From contig OZ242164.1 in the NCBI GenBank assembly GCA_965205335.1, forward strand, positions 416,046-480,045: a stretch of 64,000 bases of DNA, read 5' to 3'. The notes below the pieces were generated by a model. It saw only the letters and a list, made by a program, of their open reading frames with translations. It searched no databases and was not told where the DNA came from. Shown here in pieces: positions 1 to 10,027 of this stretch (its first letter is position 1; each line of letters starts with the position of its first letter). Both the position numbers and the translations under genes were made by a program. This DNA comes from Candidatus Woesearchaeota archaeon. Its GTDB lineage: Archaea > Nanobdellota > Nanobdellia > Woesearchaeales > UBA583.

Positions 1-318
1 ATTAAATTTTATAAAAAAATTCTCCATTGCAGTAACACACACGAAAAATTTATATACTACCTATTTCATAATTCTTCTATACATGATAGAAATAACCAGC
101 AGCGAAAAACCTAAATCTAACAATTTTAATTTTTTTAGTTGGTTCCATTTCTGTTTTTTCTCATACTAAATTTTCATATAACTTTTATCATGACGGGGGC
201 TGAAAACTCCTTTGCATATGAAGGAAAATTGAAAATCACAAACTCTCAAAAGACACAAAGCATTTAGAAACAAATGAAACATACAATTAAAAACCAAAAA
301 ACAAAAACATAAAGAAAA

Positions 319-1377
319 ATGTTAGAAAATTTAGAAATACAAGAAAAATTACCAAAAGCAGAAGATGTGCTATCAGATTTACCCCTAAATGACAAAGGAA
401 CAAAAATGGTAGAAAGAACCAGACAAGAAACTAAAGATATAATAACTGGGCAAAGCAATAAGAAAATACTCATACTTGGACCATGTAGCGCCTGGCCTGA
501 AGACGCCGTAGTTGATTACTTTAGAAGTATGAAAGAAGTCTTAAAAGAAACAGAAGATAAAATTCTTCCCATTGCAAGAGTCTACACTCAAAAACCCAGA
601 ACAACTATTGGATGGACAGGTCCAATTAACCAACCAATATTAAATGAAGATCCAGACATTGCCAGAGGAATATCATACTGCAGAAAGATGATGCTTGACA
701 TAATAGACTTAGGCTATGGAATAGCGGATGAACACCTAATCACTCACAATGAAGGCTACTTCTCAGATCTCTTATCTTGGGTTGCAATTGGAGCAAGATC
801 AACAGAAGATGCTGAACACAGGCAAATCACATCAGCAATGAATATCCCAGTTGGGCTAAAAAACACTACCGCAGGAGAAATTGAAAAAGGTATTAACTCA
901 GTTAGATCTGCTCAGAGTCCTCATGTGTTTCCATATCAAGGAAACCAAGTAAGAAGTCGTGGAAATTCCTATGCTCATTTGGTATTAAGAGGCGGTAATA
1001 TGAAAGTTAAGGGTAATATTATCACAGGACCAAATAACAGAAAACTAGAAAGAACTCTAAACCTAATAACTCAACAAAATCTAAACCCTGTTCTAATTGT
1101 GGACTATTCACATGACAATTCAATAGACATGAAAACAGATAAAAAAGATTACACAAGACAATATGATGTTATGACTGAAGTTCTCGAACAAATGGACTCT
1201 TCAAGTATAGTAAAATCAGGAGTTAAAGGATTTATGATTGAAAGTTTCATTAAAGATGGAAATCAAAGTGAAAACACTCCCCTCGAAGAATTAGAATATG
1301 GAAAATCTATAACTGACCCCTGTATGGGAATAGAAAGAACAAAAAAATTCATTGAAACACTCTACAATGGATTATAA
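319..1377 (+). CDS. aroG: 3-deoxy-7-phosphoheptulonate (DAHP) synthase, class I-alpha (AroG/F/H type)
   Basis: 352 aa, collinear by recall with E. coli AroG. Motifs: LILGPCS, KPRTTIGW, IGARSTEDAEHRQ, PVGLKNTTAG, LRGG, YGKSITDPCMG. The isozyme cannot be assigned. Confidence 0.9.
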   Translation: MLENLEIQEKLPKAEDVLSDLPLNDKGTKMVERTRQETKDIITGQSNKKILILGPCSAWPEDAVVDYFRSMKEVLKETEDKILPIARVYTQKPRTTIGWTGPINQPILNEDPDIARGISYCRKMMLDIIDLGYGIADEHLITHNEGYFSDLLSWVAIGARSTEDAEHRQITSAMNIPVGLKNTTAGEIEKGINSVRSAQSPHVFPYQGNQVRSRGNSYAHLVLRGGNMKVKGNIITGPNNRKLERTLNLITQQNLNPVLIVDYSHDNSIDMKTDKKDYTRQYDVMTEVLEQMDSSSIVKSGVKGFMIESFIKDGNQSENTPLEELEYGKSITDPCMGIERTKKFIETLYNGL

Positions 1378-1379
1378 TC

Positions 1380-1964
1380 TCATTTATTTCTTCCCCTCTT
1401 TTCAATCTCAAAAAGCCTTTTCACAACCCTCTCCCCACTATGAACAGACTTTGAGTACATGCTAAGCAACTCTTCCTTAAACCTATAAAAATCATTATGC
1501 TCATTTCTAATACAACTAAAAAACAAATTCAAATCAACAGCCCTATCCTCAATTCTAACTGAAAAATCAGACAAACCAAAATCAATCAAAAAAACCCTGC
1601 CAGATTTCACAATCATATTCAAAGTAGTCAAATCATTATGAACAACCCCACAATTATGCATCTTAACTATCCCAGAAAAAGCCTCATTTAACAATTCATA
1701 ATCTAAAACCTCCTTTAACAAATTTCCGCAAACATACTCAAAAGTGAAAAAAAACTCGTCCTCATTAATATCAAAAACCTTAGGACAATTAACCCCTTCC
1801 TCATAAAGCTTGAATAGAACCTTAAACTCTCTTTTATTTCTAAACCTTCTAAGTTTATTATCCAATGCAGAAACTCTATAACCCTTTGAAACCCGTATCT
1901 TCCTTAAAACATCCTTGCTAACTATCCCAATTTGAGCCTCAGCTCCCTCTCCAATAATTTCCAT
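1380..1964 (-). CDS. bud32: Bud32/PRPK-type small protein kinase (KEOPS component)
   Basis: 194 aa minimal kinase. Motifs: GEGAEA glycine loop, VHNDLTTLNMIV catalytic loop, IDFGLS. Confidence 0.85.
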   Translation of the reverse strand: MEIIGEGAEAQIGIVSKDVLRKIRVSKGYRVSALDNKLRRFRNKREFKVLFKLYEEGVNCPKVFDINEDEFFFTFEYVCGNLLKEVLDYELLNEAFSGIVKMHNCGVVHNDLTTLNMIVKSGRVFLIDFGLSDFSVRIEDRAVDLNLFFSCIRNEHNDFYRFKEELLSMYSKSVHSGERVVKRLFEIEKRGRNK

Positions 1965-1989
1965 CCTTAAAAAATATAACTACGTTAAT

Positions 1990-1997
1990 TTTATAAA
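1990..1997 (+). promoter_or_regulatory. TATA box TTTATAAA, 22 nt upstream of ATG 2019
   Basis: Exact TTTATAAA. The same spacing to the ATG recurs at many genes in this window, consistent with leaderless transcripts. Confidence 0.55.
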
Positions 1998-2018
1998 TAT
2001 TGTTTAAGAAAAACACAT

Positions 2019-2279
2019 ATGGCAAAAAAGAAAGAAACTATTTTTGAAAAAGTTGAAGCAGAAGTAATAGATGCAACAAAATCATACGTTGAAAACAAAA
2101 TTAAAAAAAAAGTAATCAAATTTGGAGAATTCTCAGTTATGATTTTTCTGGCAATGATACTAATTAGTATTGGATTGGCAGAGTTACTCGGATTTTATTT
2201 CCCCCAAATCCCAACTGGACTAAACTACATGATAATAGGAATATTATTTTTGGCAATTGGATTTCTAATTAAAATGTAA
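2019..2279 (+). CDS. small membrane protein, unknown function
   Basis: 86 aa with two hydrophobic helices. TATA box lies 22 nt upstream. Confidence 0.5.
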   Translation: MAKKKETIFEKVEAEVIDATKSYVENKIKKKVIKFGEFSVMIFLAMILISIGLAELLGFYFPQIPTGLNYMIIGILFLAIGFLIKM

Positions 2280-2283
2280 ACAA

Positions 2284-3138
2284 ATGGCTAAAAAAGTTAA
2301 AATTAAAGTTGATTTGGAAAACCGAGAAAAACTAAGAAGATTACATACTGCAACACACATAATAAACTTCTGCGCCAGAGAAGTACTTGGAAATCACGTC
2401 TGGCAGAACGGTTCAAGCCTCAAACCTGAACTTGGAACACTTGACATAACACATTACGACAACCTGTCTCAAGATGAAATATTCCAGATAGAAAGATTGG
2501 CAAACAAAACAGTATTTGAAAACAAAAAAGTAACAATTGAAGAACTTGACAGAACACAGGCTGAAAAAAAATACGGATTCAGTCTGTACCAAGGTGGAGC
2601 AATACCTATGAAAAAACTTAGAGTAATTAAAATAACAGACTCTGACATTGAAGCCTGTGGGGGAATTCACATGGAATCCACAGGAGGAATTGGATTAATC
2701 AAAATATTCCAGATGCAAAAAATTCAGGATGGAATAATCAGACTAAAATATGTAGTAAACGAATTCGCCCTGCAAGAAGTAGAGAATATCCAAAACATAC
2801 TAAACCAGACAAGCGAAACACTTAGCGTTACTCCATCTCAAATCCCCAAAACCGCCAGAAAATTCTTTGATGACTGGAAAACAGAAAAAAAAGAAAACGA
2901 AAAACTAAACGAAAAACTAAAATCACTCTACTTAGAAATTATAAAACTATCAAAAGATACAACATTCAAATTTGACTATAACATTGATATGAACTCACTA
3001 ATTGAAATATTTAACAAATCAGGCAAAAAAGAACTAATGATTGACACGCAAAAATTTATAATCGCATCAAACCACATAAAAATAAAAAAATTCAAAAAAG
3101 GACTCCCCAAGGGAAACTTCAAAATATACATAAAATAA
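2284..3138 (+). CDS. alaX: alanyl-tRNA editing domain protein, AlaRS C-terminal-half-like (AlaX-like)
   Basis: HTATH (HxxxH) and CGGIH (CxxxH) zinc motifs of the AlaRS/ThrRS second additional domain. Followed by ARKFFDDWKTEKKENEKL, which resembles the archaeal AlaRS linker after the editing domain. Confidence 0.75.
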   Translation: MAKKVKIKVDLENREKLRRLHTATHIINFCAREVLGNHVWQNGSSLKPELGTLDITHYDNLSQDEIFQIERLANKTVFENKKVTIEELDRTQAEKKYGFSLYQGGAIPMKKLRVIKITDSDIEACGGIHMESTGGIGLIKIFQMQKIQDGIIRLKYVVNEFALQEVENIQNILNQTSETLSVTPSQIPKTARKFFDDWKTEKKENEKLNEKLKSLYLEIIKLSKDTTFKFDYNIDMNSLIEIFNKSGKKELMIDTQKFIIASNHIKIKKFKKGLPKGNFKIYIK

Positions 3139-3139
3139 A

Positions 3140-3313
3140 ATGGTATACAAAAACAACGAAGACAAAAAAGGAGCAATTGAAATGGATGAATTAGCCAAAT
3201 TAATAATTGGAATAATCCTTTTAATAATTCTAATAATAATTGTAACAGTAGTAATCAGAGGAGAACTATGGATTCAGGGAGAAGAAATAAAAGAAATCTT
3301 CAGATTCACTTAA
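3140..3313 (+). CDS. small pilin-like membrane protein (57 aa, below the ORF-track cutoff)
   Basis: My translation: MVYKNNEDKKGAIEMDELAKLIIGIILLIILIIIVTVVIRG... The KKG-A-hydrophobic N-terminus resembles the 193-aa pilin-like protein at 46033-46614. Confidence 0.3.
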   Translation: MVYKNNEDKKGAIEMDELAKLIIGIILLIILIIIVTVVIRGELWIQGEEIKEIFRFT

Positions 3314-4323
3314 TCCCTCTTAGATATTCTTTTGGGCTTTTTAATCTTTGTAACATAGAATCCATTTGTATCATTATCGTGTGGCCATATCCTAATAGTC
3401 TTATCTACAATCTCCTTAGAAATCTTATGCCCATCAAACTCCTTTAACTTATTATTTAATTTCAACCCTTTAAGATTTGCCTTCAAAAGTTTTGCATCAG
3501 GATTCCCTTCCAAAAATCTCTCAATCAAAAACTCATTTTCCTCAGGTTCAAGTGAACACGTTGAATAAACCATAATCCCTCCCTCTTTTAGAAGTTCATA
3601 TGCTCTTTGCAATAACTTTAACTGAAGATTTGAAACTCCCTTTAATTTCTTAGGATTATACATTCTAATTGTCTTAGGAGACTTTCTTATTACACCACTT
3701 CCACTACAAGGAGCATCAAGTAAAATCCTATCAAAAATTCCAAAACCCTCAATTCTCAAACCATCTGAATTATTAATAACTATATTTGTAAAACCCGAGC
3801 GTTCAATATTAATCTTCAAAGGTCCAATTCTCTTATAATCTAACTCATTCGCAATTAAAGTCCCGCAGTTCTTCATTTTATCTGCTATCCGTGTTGTCTT
3901 AGAACCCGGTGCTGCTGCCATATCCAAAACTATAAAATCAGAACCAATTTTCTTTGGAATATCCAACAACTCAGGAGGTGTCATTGAAGTTGCTTCCTGA
4001 ACATAAATCTTGCCTAAAAAATGCTCAAACAAATTCCCCAAATCATACCTTTTTTCTTCATCATACTCCACAAAATATGCATTATCGCACCAGAGAACAG
4101 GAGTTAAATTCAGACCCTTATCTTTCAATTTTCTTGCAAGTTCCTTTGGATTACTCTCCTTCATTAAATTAATCCTAAAAGACTTCCTCTGAGGCTTTAA
4201 AATGCACTCCTCAAACCTCTCATACTCCTCAACCGAACCAAGCATTTGAGTAAATCTCTCTTTGAAAACAGGTTTAATCTGCTCTGATAAAGAAACATTA
4301 TTATAACTCTTCCTTTTCCCCAT
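3310..4323 (-). CDS. NOL1/NOP2/Sun family RNA cytosine-C5 methyltransferase
   Basis: Motifs DMAAAPGSKTT, LDAPCSGSGVIRK, YSTCSLEPEENE. Confidence 0.85.
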   Translation of the reverse strand: MGKRKSYNNVSLSEQIKPVFKERFTQMLGSVEEYERFEECILKPQRKSFRINLMKESNPKELARKLKDKGLNLTPVLWCDNAYFVEYDEEKRYDLGNLFEHFLGKIYVQEATSMTPPELLDIPKKIGSDFIVLDMAAAPGSKTTRIADKMKNCGTLIANELDYKRIGPLKINIERSGFTNIVINNSDGLRIEGFGIFDRILLDAPCSGSGVIRKSPKTIRMYNPKKLKGVSNLQLKLLQRAYELLKEGGIMVYSTCSLEPEENEFLIERFLEGNPDAKLLKANLKGLKLNNKLKEFDGHKISKEIVDKTIRIWPHDNDTNGFYVTKIKKPKRISKRD

Positions 4324-4409
4324 ACTAAAATAAATTAAAAACCATTTAAATAATCTATGATTGCAGAACTATAAAAAGATTTATATATTATACCTTAACA
4401 GTAGTTACT

Positions 4410-4856
4410 ATGAAAAATTTTATCCTGATAACTTTGGCTATATTTCTATCCATTAACTTTGTATTTGGAGCAGTTAATATAATCAAAGTAGATTCTAAAT
4501 TTGTACGCTCAGATGTTGAAATTAATAATAACACTGGATTATATCCTAATAAGCCACTTTATATAAAAAATTATGAAAATACAAAAGAGTCTGAACTTGA
4601 TAAACCCTATGGGATGAGAACTTTTCGTGATTTTAAAAGTAAATGGGCTTGGGATAAATACAACAGATTAACTGAGCCAAATTACTTTGGGGACACATCA
4701 TATGTCTGGGAATACAGATTTGAAACACCAGAAAACAAATTTGACAAATACTTATATAAGAAAAGGAAAATATACAATAAAAAAATGGCAAGACATAACA
4801 GATATTCAATGCACTTTAAAATTAGTATTGATTACAGAGAAAATAGATTTCATTAG
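4410..4856 (+). CDS. secreted hypothetical protein
   Basis: 148 aa with an N-terminal signal-like helix. A TATA-like TTTATATA lies upstream. Confidence 0.45.
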   Translation: MKNFILITLAIFLSINFVFGAVNIIKVDSKFVRSDVEINNNTGLYPNKPLYIKNYENTKESELDKPYGMRTFRDFKSKWAWDKYNRLTEPNYFGDTSYVWEYRFETPENKFDKYLYKKRKIYNKKMARHNRYSMHFKISIDYRENRFH

Positions 4857-4865
4857 GTGTAAAAA

Positions 4866-5276
4866 ATGGATTTATGCGATAAATTAGGTTACTATAAAGT
4901 CAAGGCACTTGGACATAGAATCAGGACTTTATCATATCCAGTACTTGCTTTGGGGGCTTATAGAAGTTTATCTGATACTGACATAACTACATTGGCATAC
5001 TCAGGATTAATTACAATTTTAGGAATTTGTATGTATGCAACAAGTAGACGAAACATTACAGGAAGAGCATATCTTTATACTAAAAAAATTTACCAAAGAA
5101 ACAATGAATTAAGTGAGGAAAATTTTATTGAAAGTATCAGAAAAAGCCCAAACGGAAAACTCCATGGATACTGTGAACAGCAAGGAATATATTTAGCGGC
5201 AAAGGAATTAGGCTATGAGGATTCATTTAGAGAAGCTGCTAAAAGAGCATCAAATGTAATAATTCCCTTCCTTTAA
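4866..5276 (+). CDS. hypothetical protein
   Basis: 136 aa ORF packed tightly after the previous gene. No family recognised. Confidence 0.4.
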   Translation: MDLCDKLGYYKVKALGHRIRTLSYPVLALGAYRSLSDTDITTLAYSGLITILGICMYATSRRNITGRAYLYTKKIYQRNNELSEENFIESIRKSPNGKLHGYCEQQGIYLAAKELGYEDSFREAAKRASNVIIPFL

Positions 5277-5293
5277 ATTCTAAACCACAAGAA

Positions 5294-6985
5294 CTATTTA
5301 TGTCCCTTACTCATACCTTCTCCTTTATTTTCATCCTTTAACTCCCTTCTTAAAATCTTTCCGATATAACTCTTTGGAAGACTCTCTCTGAACTCAACAT
5401 ACTTTGGAACTTTATAATTTGCAAGATTTCTCGTGCAATACTCTATAATTTCCTCCTCAGTTAAAGAATCAGGTTTTTTTGGAACAACAAACACTTTTAC
5501 AGCTTCCCCAGTTTTAGAATCCCGAACTCCTACAACACCTACCTCTAAAACTCCTTCATGCTTTGATATAACCTCTTCAATCTCATTGGGAAAAACATTA
5601 GACGCTGAAACCAAAATCATATCCTTTTTCCTGTCCACAATCTTAACAAAACCATCTCTTTGCAAAATTCCTATATCTCCTGTATAAAACCATCCATCAC
5701 GAAGAACTTTTTTTGTTTCTTTGGGAGTTCTCCAATACCCAGACATAACCTGAGGTCCCTTAACACAGATTTCTCCTATCTCTCCAAGTCCAACAGAATT
5801 CCCCTTCTCATCAACAATCCTTACATCAGTTGAAGAAACGGGCATTCCAACAGTTCCATACTGAGGCTTATCAATAGGATTAATACAAACAACAGGTGAA
5901 GTCTCCGTAAGCCCATACCCCTCAGAAATAGGGCAACCAGTAATCTTCTCCCATTTCTCTGCCACATTAAATGTAAGAGCCATCCCTCCTGCAATAGTTA
6001 TCTTTAATTCACTAAAATCCACTTCCTCAAACTTAGAATTATTAATAAGTGCATTAAACAAAGTATTAATTCCTGCAAATACACTAAACCTATTCTTCTT
6101 TAAAACCTTAACAAAAGCAGGAATATCTCGCGGATTTGTAATCAAAATATTCTTAGCCCCAAAATAAACCATCACAAGACAACTAATTGTTGCAAAAACA
6201 TGGCACAAAGGGAGAGGAGTTACGGCTACTTCTTCTTTCTCATTTAAATAACTCTTCATCCATACAACTATCTGAAAAACATTTGACATAATATTTCTCT
6301 GAGTTAACATAGCCCCCTTTGAAACACCCGTAGTTCCCCCTGTATATTGAATAAATGCTAAATCATCAGGTAGTATGTCTACTCTATCAAAAGATCCATC
6401 GACTCCCATCTTAAGAGTCTCATTAAAAGAATAAGCATCCCTTAAACTATAGCGGGGAACATCTCTTTTAACATATTTAACAATACTATTAATAAGCAAA
6501 GACTTTGGAAAAGATAACATATCCCCAACATCTGTAACAATAATCTCAATAGGACTAATATCAACAACAATCTCTTCAAGAGTATGAGCAAAATTAGAAA
6601 GAATCAAAATAGCCTTAACACCTGCATCTTTAAGCTGATACCCCATTTCTCTTGAAGTATAAAGAGGATTAACATTTACAATAACAACACCTATTCTAAG
6701 AGCACCAAAAACCGCAATCGGATATTGAAGAAGATTTGGCATACAAATAGCAAGCCTGTCTCCTTTTTTTAACCCCAAATGATTTTGCAAAAACGAAGCA
6801 AACTTCCTTGAAAGAATATCAACATCCTCAAAAGAAATATCACAGCCAAAATTACTAAACGCCATACAGTCCTTATAAACAGAAAACTTCTCCTCAACCA
6901 TATCTCTAACACACAAATACTCATCACAATTTATCTCATGCGGAACTCCCTTAGGGTAATTCTCCAACCATATCTTTTTTGACAT
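5294..6985 (-). CDS. fadD: long-chain fatty acid-CoA ligase (AMP-dependent synthetase, FadD-like)
   Basis: 563 aa. AMP-binding motif YTGGTTGVSKGAMLTQRN, plus GYGLTETSP and YTGDIG motifs. Confidence 0.9.
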   Translation of the reverse strand: MSKKIWLENYPKGVPHEINCDEYLCVRDMVEEKFSVYKDCMAFSNFGCDISFEDVDILSRKFASFLQNHLGLKKGDRLAICMPNLLQYPIAVFGALRIGVVIVNVNPLYTSREMGYQLKDAGVKAILILSNFAHTLEEIVVDISPIEIIVTDVGDMLSFPKSLLINSIVKYVKRDVPRYSLRDAYSFNETLKMGVDGSFDRVDILPDDLAFIQYTGGTTGVSKGAMLTQRNIMSNVFQIVVWMKSYLNEKEEVAVTPLPLCHVFATISCLVMVYFGAKNILITNPRDIPAFVKVLKKNRFSVFAGINTLFNALINNSKFEEVDFSELKITIAGGMALTFNVAEKWEKITGCPISEGYGLTETSPVVCINPIDKPQYGTVGMPVSSTDVRIVDEKGNSVGLGEIGEICVKGPQVMSGYWRTPKETKKVLRDGWFYTGDIGILQRDGFVKIVDRKKDMILVSASNVFPNEIEEVISKHEGVLEVGVVGVRDSKTGEAVKVFVVPKKPDSLTEEEIIEYCTRNLANYKVPKYVEFRESLPKSYIGKILRRELKDENKGEGMSKGHK

Positions 6986-7154
6986 CTCTCACACCTCCAT
7001 AACACCTAATAACTTCAGAATTAACACAAAACCAGTGCATTCAAATTATAAATATTAACTCATTGTCTAAGTAGTAACAAAAAGAACATACCTCATTTCT
7101 AAGAATCTCTCTAAAAAGTAATCTTTATAAAGAAAAATATTTAAACAATTTATA

Positions 7155-7655
7155 GTGGAATTCAAAAAAATAAAAAACAAGGTTACAGAGAAATATAGAA
7201 AAATTGGCATAACAAGACATATACGAATTGAGAATTATATTAAATTTCTTGAATCCAACATAAAAATTGCAAAAAAAAAAGACATTGAAACAACTAAAGA
7301 TATTAAAAAAATAATTAAAAAAAAAATTAAAGATATTAAAGTGTTATATGTTCTAATCGCCATTTCTTATCTTGGAATTTACTTTTCATTTATCTCATTT
7401 TTCATTATTGATTTATTCCTCTCACCAGAATTTACTCTTCTTTTCGGACAAAAAATTAGTTTTCTTGGAACTACCTTATTTTTCATACTATTATTCATTT
7501 CAACCAGACTAAGAGATTTATACTATGAAGACTTAAATTTGTTATCATCTCACTTCATTGCAATCTATAATAAATATGCAGATAAAAACAAAGAATCTTT
7601 ATTTAAAGATATAAATAAATACTCTTTATATATTAACTATTTAAAAGAATCCTAA
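7155..7655 (+). CDS. membrane protein, unknown function (GTG start in track)
   Basis: 166 aa with a Lys-rich N-terminus followed by hydrophobic helices. Confidence 0.4.
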   Translation: MEFKKIKNKVTEKYRKIGITRHIRIENYIKFLESNIKIAKKKDIETTKDIKKIIKKKIKDIKVLYVLIAISYLGIYFSFISFFIIDLFLSPEFTLLFGQKISFLGTTLFFILLFISTRLRDLYYEDLNLLSSHFIAIYNKYADKNKESLFKDINKYSLYINYLKES

Positions 7656-7667
7656 ACTTTAAAAAAA

Positions 7668-8129
7668 ATGGAAGTCCACAAAAAAACAATCAAATACTAT
7701 AAAAAAAGCCTAACAGACATTATCCAATACATCCTAAGCGTTATAGTAACTCTTCTCTTTTGCGTTGGATTAATCCCTTCACTATACATTGAACTTAACT
7801 TAGCAAAACCAATTATTATATTACTTATAATCCAATTTATTATCTCCCTAATTAGACTAAGATTTGCCAATATAATCTTAGAAATACTTCTAATCATTTT
7901 TGCATTCATCTCAGTAATTCCATTTTTTGGATACATAACAAGAATATTGGGTTTCATTTTCAGCTTACTTGAAGTTGCGTCATTTAAGAACAGAACACTC
8001 TACAAAAGAATACACATTAAAACATTCATAAGAACACCTTCGCAACACAGAGAAAAAAAACACGAAACAAAACCAAGATTCAACACACCTAAATCAAAAA
8101 TTCACAACGCAAAATTCAAAGAAAAATAA
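7668..8129 (+). CDS. membrane protein, unknown function
   Basis: 153 aa with three hydrophobic helices and a basic tail. Confidence 0.45.
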   Translation: MEVHKKTIKYYKKSLTDIIQYILSVIVTLLFCVGLIPSLYIELNLAKPIIILLIIQFIISLIRLRFANIILEILLIIFAFISVIPFFGYITRILGFIFSLLEVASFKNRTLYKRIHIKTFIRTPSQHREKKHETKPRFNTPKSKIHNAKFKEK

Positions 8130-8141
8130 AACCCATTTTGC

Positions 8142-9587
8142 ATGCAGAAGTTTTATAAACTCAAATTACACCAATCAATTATGAAATTTGTAAACCTTGC
8201 AAACATATTTGAAAAACTTGAAAGAACCTCCAAAAGACTTGAAAAAATTATAATTCTAAGAGATTTCTTCACAGAGAACAAAAAAATTACTCCTTTGATT
8301 TTTGACTTAATTGCAGGAAACTACCAAAGAGAAAACAACAAAAGAAGTATTGGAATTTCTCTTAAAACAATATTTAGCGTGATCTCATTTACCTCATCAA
8401 AAAATGAATCTGAAATTGAAAAACACTTTAACAAAATAGGAGATGTGGGAAAAGTTGCAGAGCACTTTCTAAAAAATCATAACAACCAAAAATCCCTTTC
8501 ATCAAAACCTCTAACCTTTGAAGAGATAATAAAATCCTTTAAGACAATCTCCCAAAACTCAGGGACAAACAAAAATAAAATAAAAAAAGAAATACTAACA
8601 AACCTGTTCCTATCTGCAAAATCTGATTTGGAATACAAATTCCTTGCAAGAATTTTAATTGAGGAACTAAGAATAGGAGTATCAGAAGGAGTTCTGCGTG
8701 AGGCATTTGTCAATGCCCTTTTTCCCAAAATCATAAACATCCAGATAATATGTTCAAACTGCCATTACATGAACCTGAATTCAAAAAAATGTTTAAAATG
8801 CTCACAGGAATTAAATGATAAAAACCAAGATAAATTAGTTTCAAAAAGATACAAAATTAAAGAAACCAAAAAAGATGAAAACTTACTAAAACAACTTAAT
8901 ACCTTCCTAAAATTAAACTCTAAAACAAACATCATTAAAACAGACAACCCAAGAGAATTATACAATTTATTCCTGTCATTATTTGAAAAAAAATATAACA
9001 CAATTAACTCTTTTGTAAGTGTTTACTCAGAACTTGAAGATGATTTGCGAAAAGTAATCAAAACCCAGATTAAAATCGGCAATCCAATAAAATCAATGCT
9101 TGGAGTTCGTTCGAATTCAATATCACAGAGTTTTGAAATATGCAAAAAACCAGCCCTTCTTGACTTTAAATATGACGGACTTCGCATCCAGATTCATAAC
9201 GACTGCAAAAAAGTTAAACTATTTTCAAGAAATTTAGATGAGATAACCAAACAATTCCCTGAAATCATCTCATTTATTAAAAACAACTTCTCAGATACAA
9301 GTTTCATACTTGACTGCGAATGCGTTGGATTTGACTTTAACAAAATGGAATTTCTGCCCTTTCAAATTCTTAGCAGAAGAATCCTCACAAAAAACACAGA
9401 CCAAGTTTCACATATAAAAGTTGTAGTAAAAGCATTTGACATTTTCTACATAAACGGCAAAACAATAATTGATGAACCATACGAAAAAAGAAGAGAACTG
9501 CTTGAAGGACTATTCATTAACAGAACTCTGAAACAGGAAACAAATTTTAATACAAAAACACTTAACAAACTTCTTAATCAACTGTAA
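8142..9587 (+). CDS. lig: ATP-dependent DNA ligase, C-terminally truncated, with an inserted CxxC...CxxC segment (possible pseudogene or split gene)
   Basis: N-terminal DNA-binding domain (FANIFEKLERTS, LARILIEELRIGVSEG), motif I KYDGLRIQIH, motif III LDCECVG, and the FDIFYINGK region. The ORF ends before motifs IV (EGLMxK), V (WLKxK) and the OB domain. The likely true start is M14, near 8181. Confidence 0.8.
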   Translation: MQKFYKLKLHQSIMKFVNLANIFEKLERTSKRLEKIIILRDFFTENKKITPLIFDLIAGNYQRENNKRSIGISLKTIFSVISFTSSKNESEIEKHFNKIGDVGKVAEHFLKNHNNQKSLSSKPLTFEEIIKSFKTISQNSGTNKNKIKKEILTNLFLSAKSDLEYKFLARILIEELRIGVSEGVLREAFVNALFPKIINIQIICSNCHYMNLNSKKCLKCSQELNDKNQDKLVSKRYKIKETKKDENLLKQLNTFLKLNSKTNIIKTDNPRELYNLFLSLFEKKYNTINSFVSVYSELEDDLRKVIKTQIKIGNPIKSMLGVRSNSISQSFEICKKPALLDFKYDGLRIQIHNDCKKVKLFSRNLDEITKQFPEIISFIKNNFSDTSFILDCECVGFDFNKMEFLPFQILSRRILTKNTDQVSHIKVVVKAFDIFYINGKTIIDEPYEKRRELLEGLFINRTLKQETNFNTKTLNKLLNQL

Positions 9588-9873
9588 AGAGAACATTATC
9601 ATAACCAACATCAAAAACTCCTATTCTTGCCCCCGCATCAAGCCAACCATAAGAATAATTTAATGCAGCAAACGAATTAATATAATCACCCTTCTCTCTA
9701 AAATGCTTTGCATCCTTATAATAAGTTTTAGCCATATCAAGATAATCCTTCGCTACTTTATACAAATGACTTCTCTGTGGCACGCAAATCTTTAACTTTT
9801 CAAGAGCTCTTTTTGATACATCAAAATATTTATCTAATTTCTCATCAGTTATTTCATTTCTTATATCTACCAT
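9574..9873 (-). CDS. DUF357-like small archaeal protein
   Basis: 99 aa. The helical repeat with YSYGWLDAGARIG is recalled as typical of DUF357. Overlaps the ligase 3' end convergently by 14 nt. Confidence 0.6.
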   Translation of the reverse strand: MVDIRNEITDEKLDKYFDVSKRALEKLKICVPQRSHLYKVAKDYLDMAKTYYKDAKHFREKGDYINSFAALNYSYGWLDAGARIGVFDVGYDNVLFTVD

Positions 9874-10027
9874 TACAATTTACTTTAACAGTTATTTCTT
9901 TATAAATAGATATCATAGAACTCACACATAAAAACAATACAAAATAATGCATTATTCAAATTAACATAACAAACTTCTAAAAAAGAAGAATTTATATAAA
10001 TAAACAAATTACCTAAATATTAGGATA

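Noticed and set aside
1-318. Upstream region of the DAHP synthase gene, including a 28-codon ORF at about 84-170 and a G-rich patch near 195
   Set aside because: The ORF is too short and lacks a promoter at the canonical spacing. I could see no convincing RNA structure or motif.
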